A stretch of DNA of 64,000 nucleotides. Origin: Candidatus Hydrogenedentota bacterium (GTDB lineage Bacteria > Hydrogenedentota > Hydrogenedentia > Hydrogenedentales > SLHB01). Where the stretch lies: assembly GCA_045863335.1 (NCBI GenBank), contig BTVY01000013.1, positions 32,001 through 96,000 on the forward strand. The letters run 5' to 3'. Numbering within the stretch: the first letter of the stretch is position 1; each line of letters opens with the position of its first letter. The notes under the pieces are model-generated. The model was not told the origin of the DNA. It ran no database searches and saw only the letters and a list, made by a program, of their open reading frames with translations. A program made the position numbers and the translations under genes. This document shows positions 51,962 to 60,371 of this stretch, in pieces.

Positions 51962-52018
51962 CAGCATCTAAGAATCGGATTTGTTTGTAGCGATTGCCGT
52001 GTGGCCACGGCGCCGCGA

Positions 52019-52108
52019 CTAAACGACGGCGCGCCGTTCGGCAAGAAATGCCAGAATGAAGAAGAACGTCCACAACGGGGCCCACAGCAGCGTCCACAAG
52101 ATAAACAT
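52019..52108 (-). CDS. 29-aa hydrophobic single-TM peptide MFILWTLLWAPLWTFFFILAFLAERRAVV
   Basis: SD AGGAGG 7 nt before ATG; own promoter and terminator; below the ORF-track cutoff. Confidence 0.7.
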   Translation of the reverse strand: MFILWTLLWAPLWTFFFILAFLAERRAVV

Positions 52109-52219
52109 TACTTACCCTCCTCTATTCCGCGAACATTTGTCGGTAGAACCCACCGGCTACCCCTACACAATGGAATCCCGGGGGTTCCCGTTTGCCTTGT
52201 ACTACGTCCAGCACGCGCC

Positions 52220-52248
52220 ACTATACGAAGACGCCGCTGAATTGTCAA
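52220..52248 (-). promoter_or_regulatory. Near-consensus sigma70 promoter for the small peptide gene
   Basis: Minus strand TTGACA-17 nt-TATAGT. Confidence 0.75.
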
Positions 52249-52323
52249 CCCCCGGCAGCCTTGGCAAGTGATTACAGGACATGGATTAACCCTTAGGAAA
52301 GTTTGTTTGGGCATCGCTGCTGA

Positions 52324-53517
52324 CTACTTCCAGATGATCCGCGCGGCGTATACGCTGTTGTCGGAACCGTACTTTTCGCAGCCGACGGGCTGCATCCACT
52401 CCGCCACGGTCACCCAGGTTTCGCGATCGTTGACCTTCGTCACTGCGAAGTTGCCCAGGCGCGCGCCCCGGGACGGCACCAGGATGCGCTCGGTGTCGCG
52501 GAAGACGCAGAGCCGATCCGGGTCAACCTGGGCGATGCGGAGCGGGGCACGGTGGCGGAACACGTGGTCGTACTCGGGATCGCGGCGAGTATATACAAGG
52601 AACAAGGCGTCCGGGTGAGTGACCCAGTGCTGTTGCGTGTTGTAGCTGCCCAGCTCTTCCCCGTCGTCAAAGGTCCACGGCTGGATTTCGTCAAAGTGGA
52701 GGCCGTCGTCGCCGCTCGTGACGTAGCCCTTCTCGTCGTTGCGTAGCGTCAGGTAGAACCGCCCCTGAAACTCTGCCAGCGAGGGTTCGCCCAATCCGCG
52801 CGGTACGTCCACCGTGTGCTCGGTCCCATGTTCGATGTACGACAAGGTCTCACCGTCTAACCGGCATCGCATGATCGTCGATGTGGACGTGTTATCGCCT
52901 TTGCCCTTCACATAGATGGGCAGCAGGATATCGCCATTGGGCAGATCCACCCGTTGCGTGCAGCCCGCGCCGGAACTGTAGAACTTCGGGTCGTCCGGCA
53001 TCTCGACCGACTTCCACGGCGCCCAGGTTCGCACTTCCGGGTCGTACCAGGAGTAGGTCGTCGCGCGCTGATAATCCTTCGCAAGGTGATCGCCATCGTA
53101 CTTGGCGAGGTGCCCCGTGCCCAGGAGCTTGCCGGAGGCTTCGTGCCACTTAGGCGTGAAATCGCAGACCACCGATACCAACCCGCTTTCTTCATTGCGG
53201 CGGCCGAGGGTGTCGTGCTCGACGGGGCCGCTCCACGTCTCGCCGAGGTCATCGGTCCGCATTTCGTTCAGCGCGTAAAACACGTCCGACCCGCTCAATA
53301 GCAGTTTCTGCATGGTCATCACCACAACCGGAGTCTCACCCGGGATTGTCCCTGCGCGTGGGTGCACCCAGCAGGTCTTCTGATCGAATCCGGACGTAAC
53401 CGTATCGAGTTGGACGTCATAGTCTACACGTACAATGTCGGTCTCCTGGCTGCTGGCGAAAAAGGCGGTCAAAAGAAACGTGGCGGTTACCGCGCCAAAG
53501 GTAGGAAAGGCATGCAT
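52324..53517 (-). CDS. Sialidase/BNR-repeat family protein
   Basis: Signal peptide; Asp-boxes TDDLGETW and GDDGLHF; RGLGEPSL, RHRAPL. Confidence 0.85.
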   Translation of the reverse strand: MHAFPTFGAVTATFLLTAFFASSQETDIVRVDYDVQLDTVTSGFDQKTCWVHPRAGTIPGETPVVVMTMQKLLLSGSDVFYALNEMRTDDLGETWSGPVEHDTLGRRNEESGLVSVVCDFTPKWHEASGKLLGTGHLAKYDGDHLAKDYQRATTYSWYDPEVRTWAPWKSVEMPDDPKFYSSGAGCTQRVDLPNGDILLPIYVKGKGDNTSTSTIMRCRLDGETLSYIEHGTEHTVDVPRGLGEPSLAEFQGRFYLTLRNDEKGYVTSGDDGLHFDEIQPWTFDDGEELGSYNTQQHWVTHPDALFLVYTRRDPEYDHVFRHRAPLRIAQVDPDRLCVFRDTERILVPSRGARLGNFAVTKVNDRETWVTVAEWMQPVGCEKYGSDNSVYAARIIWK

Positions 53518-53705
53518 GAGAATCTATCTCCCGTAAGTCGTTCTGCGAACACTGGCGCACTTACAAGAAGTAGTCTAGAGTCGTGAATCCGCGCTGTCCA
53601 GCCCCGCGAGGATTGAGGCATAACGCGGTTGGGTGCAGCGTTACCAATGAAAAGTACGCGGGCCTGCGAATTTGCGGGAAAACCTTGAGCACAAGGGAAT
53701 CAATC

Positions 53706-53885
53706 ATGTTTAAACGAAGGACAAGCACCGTCCGTGCTCCGAGACATCTCGGAGTTATCTTGCTCGGCATTTGGCTCATACTCACCGGGATCATTCCGAC
53801 CGTCAACCTCACCTTCACAGGGTTAAGCCTGATCATGGCAATCCTCGCCATCGTGGCAGGCGTCCTGATCATTCTTCAGCGATAG
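53706..53885 (+). CDS. Small two-TM membrane protein
   Basis: LGVILLGIWLILTG...IMAILAIVAGVLIIL; SD-like AAGGGA upstream. Confidence 0.7.
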   Translation: MFKRRTSTVRAPRHLGVILLGIWLILTGIIPTVNLTFTGLSLIMAILAIVAGVLIILQR

Positions 53886-53914
53886 CTTCGAGCTTGGTGA
53901 GGCCGACGGACTCT

Positions 53915-54415
53915 CTACTGATTCCCCGTCGTGAATCGCCACACGACCTGGTCGAGCGGTCTTCCCGATGCGCTCTTGAAGTTCTTATGGCTCGGGCTGT
54001 TCAAGCCGACCCGGTACGACCAGTTCGGCTGCAGCCGGACGGGCAATACACAGGTTCGTTGATCCGCGGCCCAATACGGTTTCCCCGTAGTTTCCGGAAA
54101 CTCAGGGCCGCCGCCGGTCCACGAGAATCCTCCTGCCATGGGCTCGCTGAACGTCACGACCAATTGCGTCGTGTACGGGCTCACACCGGACGCGCCATTC
54201 TCCGGGTTCATGCCGATCACGCTCGGCACGCCAGGGCGCGGTTGCGGCGCCGGTGGCGGAGATGCGGGCGCCGCCGCGGGTGGCGGTTGGGGCGTAGCGG
54301 TCTGCGGTGTGGCCGCCACGTCGTCATCTGTTTTCCCGAGCAGTGAAGGCAGCAACGGGAACAGCAGCATCACGCCCACGACACACGCCGTAACGATGAT
54401 AATGTTCTTCGACAT
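53915..54415 (-). CDS. Membrane-anchored Ig-like (Big_5) domain protein
   Basis: TM, Pro-rich linker, PENGA.GV...VTFSEPM..GFSW...F.T domain. Confidence 0.8.
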   Translation of the reverse strand: MSKNIIIVTACVVGVMLLFPLLPSLLGKTDDDVAATPQTATPQPPPAAAPASPPPAPQPRPGVPSVIGMNPENGASGVSPYTTQLVVTFSEPMAGGFSWTGGGPEFPETTGKPYWAADQRTCVLPVRLQPNWSYRVGLNSPSHKNFKSASGRPLDQVVWRFTTGNQ

Positions 54416-54472
54416 GGTTCATTCCCCCGTTTCCGGTAGCCGACGGAGCGGCGCACCGGATCGCTAAACGCG

Positions 54473-56818
54473 TTACTTCCCCGTTGAGAAGGACCACTCG
54501 ACCGGGTCCAGCGGCACGCCAGAGGCGCTCTGGAAATTGATGTGACGGCCGCTGTTCAGGCTCAGATGGTACGATGCGTCCGGTTTGAGGCTGACCGGCA
54601 GCGTGCACACCGTGTGATCATCGTTCCACTGCGGCTTGTCGGTCGTCTCGGGAAAGTGCTCGTCCAGGGTCACCCACGAGAATCCCCCGCCCATGGGTTT
54701 ATCGAACGTAACGGTCAGCTCGGTCATATTCGGCGCTACACCGGTTGCGCCGTTTTCGGGCGACATGGAAACGATGCTCGGCGGCACGAGCTTGGCGATC
54801 TCCGCCGGGTCTGCGCCTTGGGTCGCGAAGTAGATCGCGCGGGGCCGGGCCGGAATGCCGTTCTCGCCGCGGAAGTTCTGGTGGCTCTTGGAATTGATGC
54901 CGACGCGATAAACCTTCGCGGGTTCGAGCGCCACGTGAAGCACGCAGGTACGGTTATCCACCCACTCAGGTTTGCCGGCTGTTTTGGGAAACATCTCGCC
55001 GCCGCCCGTCCACGAGTAGCCGCCAGTACCCATGTCCTGGTCGAAGGACACGCGGATTTCCGTGGTCGCGGGATCGACCTCCTGTGCGCCGATGGCCGGT
55101 GACACGGAAACGATCTCCGGCGCAGAGCCCGTTGCCTGCGCGGCGGGTGCATCGGCGCCGGCTGGAGGTGTCCACGGTTTCAGGTCATCTGGGCTGAATT
55201 CGGGTGTTTTCCCGGCGTTGTTCCACCACGCTCCCCAAGCCTGCTTGTCGTCTTTGAAACTCTGCCCCGTGAGGCGCGCGAGCGATGCGCGCGCCCACAT
55301 GCGGGTATTCTGATTCCCGTGGTCTACGAGCGGCACCAGCGCCGGAACGGCGGACTCATCATCCATACGTCCCGCCGCTTCGACGGCAATCCACTTCGGC
55401 CGGCAATCGTAGTCCCGGTCGTCGCGGTGATACGTTGCCGCCTTCAAAACGCCGGGAAGCAATCGCTTATCCTTGAGTACGCCCGCGGCCGCGAGCGCTT
55501 CGCATTGATGCCGGCCGTACTCGCCGTCGAGGACGCTCACGCAATAGGCGACCTTTTCCTCACGTTGGTCTGCCGAGAGATCGTCGAAGGCGTTCTCGGG
55601 GAGCCACAGTCCTCCGCGGCTGAATTGCCGGGCCGTCCATCGGATGTATTCTTGAACCTCAGGATCGGCTTTTGCGTAATGCGCTGCGATCTCCGCGTTG
55701 ACGGCACTCTCGATGTCCTCTGGATTCTGCGCCTTCGCGCTCCAGACGCCCATCGGCAGTGCCAGCAACACCGCGATCAACGTGGCCGCCGAGCCCCAGC
55801 CCATGCGCCGCACGCGCCGTCCGTCCGTCGCGGCGCGCACCCGGTGCAGCAAGTTGTCCGAGAGTTCCAGCAGCCCCAGGAATCCCGCGCCAACGGGCGT
55901 TTCACCGGTGAAGTGTTCCGCCGCTTTAAGCAGCGATGCCGCATATGCCTTGCCCGGCTGACGGCTCGATTCCAACACCATATCATCGCACGCCATTTCA
56001 CGTTCCCTCCTTTGTTGCAGGTTCGCAAACCACACGGCGGGATGGAACCAATACACGCAACTCAACATCGCGGCGGCCACCGTCACCGGCAGATCGCCCC
56101 GCTTAATATGAGCCACTTCGTGCGCCAGAATGCCCGCCAGATCGCCTGCCGCGAACTGCTCGTTCCAGTCGCCGGGAAGCAAAATGGACGGCTTCAGAAA
56201 GCCGAATACGGCGGGCGTGTGGATCACCGGCGAGACCAGCACCGGCACCGTGCGCGAAACGCCAAGCTGTTCGGCCTGCGCGTTCACAACGGACTGAAGC
56301 GTATCCGGCGCGGGCGTGGCATGCCGCAGAACGAGCCGCGCGTACCGGCGATACTGCCAGACCATCGCCGCGGCCAATGCGAGCGCGATGGCTGCCCACG
56401 CAGTCATGCACCACGCCGCCACGCTTAACCGGGAATCCTGCGCAATCTGCGTCGTCTGCACAGCAGATCCAGACGCTGGCTCAATCGGCCGCGGGGGGCC
56501 GGTTGCCGGCGCAGGCGAATCTCCATTGTCTCGAGACGCCGGCGCCGCGGATAGGACTTCCACTGCCGGAAGGTATCTGGGGGAGACGTCAGGGACAAGG
56601 TTTCCTGCCGACCAGGGAGTCGCGAGCATCGGTGGCAGTACGAGTTTCAAGAACACCGCCACCCACAACAGATGGCGGAATCGCGCCGAACGTTTGGACG
56701 CCAAGCGCGAGACCAGCCATACGGCCCCAACGAGTACGGCGATTTGCCACGACATGTGAAGCATCCACTGCGACCAGGCGCCGGCAGCGCCGTTCAGGGT
56801 GCTTGTCCACGCGTTCAT
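54473..56818 (-). CDS. BlaR1/MecR1-type M56 metallopeptidase with HEAT repeats and two Ig-like domains
   Basis: PAVFGF.KP.ILLP, HEVAHIKRGD, YWFHP.VW, REMACD; HEAT segment; two Big_5-like repeats. Confidence 0.9.
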   Translation of the reverse strand: MNAWTSTLNGAAGAWSQWMLHMSWQIAVLVGAVWLVSRLASKRSARFRHLLWVAVFLKLVLPPMLATPWSAGNLVPDVSPRYLPAVEVLSAAPASRDNGDSPAPATGPPRPIEPASGSAVQTTQIAQDSRLSVAAWCMTAWAAIALALAAAMVWQYRRYARLVLRHATPAPDTLQSVVNAQAEQLGVSRTVPVLVSPVIHTPAVFGFLKPSILLPGDWNEQFAAGDLAGILAHEVAHIKRGDLPVTVAAAMLSCVYWFHPAVWFANLQQRREREMACDDMVLESSRQPGKAYAASLLKAAEHFTGETPVGAGFLGLLELSDNLLHRVRAATDGRRVRRMGWGSAATLIAVLLALPMGVWSAKAQNPEDIESAVNAEIAAHYAKADPEVQEYIRWTARQFSRGGLWLPENAFDDLSADQREEKVAYCVSVLDGEYGRHQCEALAAAGVLKDKRLLPGVLKAATYHRDDRDYDCRPKWIAVEAAGRMDDESAVPALVPLVDHGNQNTRMWARASLARLTGQSFKDDKQAWGAWWNNAGKTPEFSPDDLKPWTPPAGADAPAAQATGSAPEIVSVSPAIGAQEVDPATTEIRVSFDQDMGTGGYSWTGGGEMFPKTAGKPEWVDNRTCVLHVALEPAKVYRVGINSKSHQNFRGENGIPARPRAIYFATQGADPAEIAKLVPPSIVSMSPENGATGVAPNMTELTVTFDKPMGGGFSWVTLDEHFPETTDKPQWNDDHTVCTLPVSLKPDASYHLSLNSGRHINFQSASGVPLDPVEWSFSTGK

Positions 56819-57222
56819 GGCTCAGACTCCTTCGCGCGCTCCCGTTCGATCCGCGCCAGTTCTGCTTTTATGGCCTGCAACTCCTCGGGCGATGCATGCT
56901 CGGCAAAGTGGGCTACGAAGGGGTTCAATGCCCCATCGAATACCCGCCGGATAAAGGACCGCGTGGCCGCGCCAGTCATCGCCTCGCGACCGAATGCGGG
57001 CCGGTACAAGTAGGAGTTTCCAATCTGGTCGTAGACCAATGCGCCCTTCTTGACGAGCCGCGCCAGCATGGTCTTGACGGTTTTGTAGGCCCAATCCTGA
57101 TCCTTGGAAACCGCTTCGTAGATGTCCCGCGCGGCCATGGGACCGTTGTCCCACATGGGTTTAAGGATCTCCCACTCAAGTTCGGAAAGCCTTGGGACTT
57201 CTGGATTTCGGGGTTTATCCAT
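56815..57222 (-). CDS. blaI: BlaI/MecI/CopY family repressor
   Basis: LSELEWEIL..MW, WAYKTVKTMLARLVKKG, FDG; ATGA coupling to the M56 gene. Confidence 0.93.
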   Translation of the reverse strand: MDKPRNPEVPRLSELEWEILKPMWDNGPMAARDIYEAVSKDQDWAYKTVKTMLARLVKKGALVYDQIGNSYLYRPAFGREAMTGAATRSFIRRVFDGALNPFVAHFAEHASPEELQAIKAELARIERERAKESEP

Positions 57223-57246
57223 TATGACGCACCTCGTTGGTCTTTT

Positions 57247-57290
57247 GCCTACTTAATTAGACTATAGCCTACAAATGTAGGCATTGTCAA
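57247..57290 (-). promoter_or_regulatory. blaI promoter with TACA-N2-TGTA operator
   Basis: Minus strand TTGACA-18 nt-TATAGT; palindrome GCCTACAAATGTAGGC (57267-57282) between the hexamers; degenerate second site 57247-57262. Confidence 0.88.
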
Positions 57291-57348
57291 AAAGTTTTTT
57301 GCGGTGCTGAAACTGGGGGAGTTCGAGAAGGTGTGGGCGGGGGTTCCG

Positions 57349-57469
57349 AATAGGACAAATAGGACCCATGGGACCTATTGGACTAACGACTCGAACGATA
57401 CAAAGCTGCGAATATCCTCCCCCAACGGCCTCAGGTCCTATCGGTCCTATGCGTCCTACGTGTCCTATC
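57349..57469. repeat. Inverted array of ATAGGAC/GTCCTAT 9-mer units
   Basis: ATAGGACAAATAGGACCCATGGGACCTAT at left; four GTCCTA units at 9-nt spacing at right. Confidence 0.75.
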
Positions 57470-57510
57470 CAAAATACCGGCTGGCAGCACCGCGCCTCGT
57501 TCCACCTCGC

Positions 57511-58488
57511 CTACAACCGCTGCCGCTCCAGAAAAGCCCACGCGTGGCGCGCGCCTTCGATGTCGCCGTTCTGGTTGCCGAGTTGGAGCAGGTTGAGGAG
57601 CCACGCGGGCACGCGGTAATCGATGCTGGGCATCGTGTGGCCGCCGCCTTCGACGGTGTAAAACATGACCTCCGTGCCCTCGTCGCCGCCGGTGAACAAT
57701 TCGCTGCTGATGGTACAGCCGTCGTTGGGGTCCAGGTCCGGGTACATGACTACATCGGAAGGGGCATTGTCGCAGTCGTTCTGCGTAATCCAGTAGTCGC
57801 GCGTCGCCAGGGCCGAAATGGAGGTGCCGCGTCCGCCGGGGATTGCGCCGCCTTCCCATTGCTGCAAGGGATCGGCGGTGCCGTTGCAGATGAACACCGA
57901 AACGGGTAAATCCGGATCTGCACAGATATCGACTGCGGCTTCGTTCGCGATGAACGCGGCAACCGCCGCAATGCGGTCGTCCAGCTCGCGCGCGAGCCGG
58001 TACGACATCTTGCCGCCGTTCGAGGCCCCCGTGGAATACACACGATCCGCGTCGACATTGAAGTTCGCTTGTGCCCAGTCGATCAATGCGCTGATGAAAG
58101 CGACGTCGTCCGCCCCTGTATCGATGGCAGGCGCATCGCCCCGGCAATCGCGCCAGTTCTGATTGTCGCCCCACGCTTCGCCGGTTTCCGCGTTGACGCC
58201 GTTCGGAACTACGAGAAGGAATCCTGCGTCATCGGCGATGTCCTGCCATTCTTGCGTGCCGCCGGCATTGCGATCGAAGATCGCTTCCATATCCTGCGTG
58301 CCGCCGTGGAGAAGATAAACCACGGGGCATGGAGTGGCGAGGTTCTTGGGAACGTAGTAACGAAAGTACCGCGTCGTGTCGCCAATGGAGATCGTCTGGT
58401 TTTCAAACCACTTCCCGCCGGCACCCGGGCAACCCGGGCAAAGCAACACGATTGTGGCCAAAGTCACGATTCGCAAAAGGGACTTCAT
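57511..58488 (-). CDS. PHB depolymerase/LpqC-type esterase, probable lipoprotein
   Basis: LLHGG, VVPNG, DDVAFI, TGASNGG nucleophile elbow, NGTADP, GGGH. Confidence 0.85.
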   Translation of the reverse strand: MKSLLRIVTLATIVLLCPGCPGAGGKWFENQTISIGDTTRYFRYYVPKNLATPCPVVYLLHGGTQDMEAIFDRNAGGTQEWQDIADDAGFLLVVPNGVNAETGEAWGDNQNWRDCRGDAPAIDTGADDVAFISALIDWAQANFNVDADRVYSTGASNGGKMSYRLARELDDRIAAVAAFIANEAAVDICADPDLPVSVFICNGTADPLQQWEGGAIPGGRGTSISALATRDYWITQNDCDNAPSDVVMYPDLDPNDGCTISSELFTGGDEGTEVMFYTVEGGGHTMPSIDYRVPAWLLNLLQLGNQNGDIEGARHAWAFLERQRL

Positions 58489-58643
58489 CGCGTTGCGCCT
58501 CCACAATTCATGCGTGCTCACGATAAGCGCGTCGAACTCAAAGATACTAACACCGGTTCGCTCCGAGAGGTTTCATTTGACATTTGCATGCGACTCGCCG
58601 AATCTGGGATGGGAATACTAGGCGGGATCGGAAGGAGCGATAC

Positions 58644-60032
58644 ATGAACAGGCGGCAGTTTCTTATTCAGTCCGGGGCTGGAGTCTTGGGCGCGAACATG
58701 TTGGGCCGCGCCGCGCGGGCCCAGCAACCGAACCGGCCGAACATCATCTTCATAATGGCGGACGACCTGGGCTACGGCGATATCGGGTGTTACGGCCAGA
58801 AGGAAATCCAGACGCCCAACATCGATCGCCTTGCCGCGGAAGGTACGCGCTTCACGCAGTGCTACTCTGGATCGACGGTCTGCGCGCCGAGCCGGTGCTG
58901 TCTCATGACGGGGATGCACGGTGGCCACGCCCGCATCCGCGACAACATCCCCCACGAGATCTTCCTGCGCCCAGACGACCTCACGGTCGCGGAGGTCTTG
59001 AAGCAGGCCGGGTACGCGACCGGCGCCATCGGCAAGTGGAGCCTTGGCGAACCGGGTTCCTGGGGTATTGCGAACTACCAGGGCTTCGACTACTTCTATG
59101 GCCACCTGAATCAGGACCAGGCGCATTTCTACTATCCCGACTATCTGTGGGAAAACGACAAGATCAAATTGCTGTCTGGCAACCGAGGCCAGGGGCGGAA
59201 AGAATACACCCACGATCTCTTCACGGAACACGCGTTACAGTTCATCCAGCAGCACGCGGACGATCCGTTCTTCCTCTATCTCCCGTACACGATCCCCCAT
59301 TGGTCGGATTACCCGCGGGACTCGCCCGAATCGCAAATCGTGCCAAGCGATGAGCCTTATACCAACCGCGACTGGCCGCAGACGGAAAAGAACTACGCGG
59401 CCATGATCACGCGCATGGATCGGGACGTGGGCCGGATCATGGATCTCGTCAAGTCGCTCGGGCTCGATGAAAACACGCTCATCGTGTTCACCAGCGATAA
59501 CGGCCCGTGCAAGACGGACAGCCACGACCCCGAGTTCTTCAACAGCACAGGGCCCTTCCGCGGATACAAGCGCGACGTCAACGAAGGCGGCATCCGCATT
59601 CCCATGATCGCGCGATGGCCCGGAAAGATCCCGGCGGGAAAGACCAGCGAACAGGTCTGGGCCTTCTGGGATGTCATGCCGACGCTGGCGGAAGTCGCGG
59701 GTTTGCCGGCGCCGAAGGGGATCGATGGCATATCCATGCTCCCCGCCCTATTGGGCAAGGAACAGATCGAACAACATGAGTATCTCTACTGGGACTATGG
59801 GCACCAGCGCGAGGTCTACATGCAGGCGATCCGTTGGGGTGATTGGAAGGGCCTCCGCATCGGCGCGGACGCCCCCATCGAACTCTACGACGTCGTGAAG
59901 GATCCCGGCGAGCAGAACAATGTCGCCGATCAATATCCGGAGGTGGTCAAGCAAATCGAGACATACATGCGCGAAGCCTACACACCATCCGACGATTACC
60001 GGCTTGGCGAAATCTATGTGCGCAAATCCTAG
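58644..60032 (+). CDS. Tat-exported arylsulfatase
   Basis: NRRQFL Tat; PNIIFIMADDLGYGD; CAPSRCCLMTG; GKWSLG; SDNG; EGGIRIP. Confidence 0.93.
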   Translation: MNRRQFLIQSGAGVLGANMLGRAARAQQPNRPNIIFIMADDLGYGDIGCYGQKEIQTPNIDRLAAEGTRFTQCYSGSTVCAPSRCCLMTGMHGGHARIRDNIPHEIFLRPDDLTVAEVLKQAGYATGAIGKWSLGEPGSWGIANYQGFDYFYGHLNQDQAHFYYPDYLWENDKIKLLSGNRGQGRKEYTHDLFTEHALQFIQQHADDPFFLYLPYTIPHWSDYPRDSPESQIVPSDEPYTNRDWPQTEKNYAAMITRMDRDVGRIMDLVKSLGLDENTLIVFTSDNGPCKTDSHDPEFFNSTGPFRGYKRDVNEGGIRIPMIARWPGKIPAGKTSEQVWAFWDVMPTLAEVAGLPAPKGIDGISMLPALLGKEQIEQHEYLYWDYGHQREVYMQAIRWGDWKGLRIGADAPIELYDVVKDPGEQNNVADQYPEVVKQIETYMREAYTPSDDYRLGEIYVRKS

Positions 60033-60056
60033 TACCTGACCTGGGGAGACGGGACC

Positions 60057-60239
60057 ATGGAGTTACAGAAGGCGCGCGAGAACGAATTTCCTTTGTGCCC
60101 GCATTGTGAACAAGAGTTGCGCGAAATCGTCGCGCGCCAATTCGACAAAGGCTTCTTCAAGGTCACGGACAAGTACGTCTATTTCTGTCCCCACTGCCAC
60201 AAGACCTTGGGGATCGGTCAATCCGCCTGGATGCCGTAA
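60057..60239 (+). CDS. Small zinc-ribbon protein
   Basis: Two CPHC motifs; SD-like GGAGA upstream. Confidence 0.75.
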   Translation: MELQKARENEFPLCPHCEQELREIVARQFDKGFFKVTDKYVYFCPHCHKTLGIGQSAWMP

Positions 60240-60371
60240 GGCGATGGCAAAATTGTGGAAGAGTCCCTCTATGTCGTACGCTCAAGCACGGTGGCTGATT
60301 TGCGGCTGTCGTGGCGGGGTTGCGTGTCATGACTCCTCTCGGAGTAAGGCATCGCCCTGGAGGCGAAGTCC

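Noticed and set aside
51920-51965. GAGGAAAG..GTCC as RNase P RNA
   Set aside because: The motif differs from GAGGAAAGTCC, other conserved regions were not found, and a terminator hairpin explains the sequence.
52110-52213. c-di-GMP-I riboswitch or Trp/Phe attenuator at the small-peptide gene
   Set aside because: GGCAAAC is present but the GAAA loop and GCAAA partner are not, and there is no downstream co-oriented biosynthetic gene.
44532-57469. Short periodic repeats as CRISPR arrays
   Set aside because: Units are 7-10 bp, inverted, lack unique spacers, and no cas genes are present.
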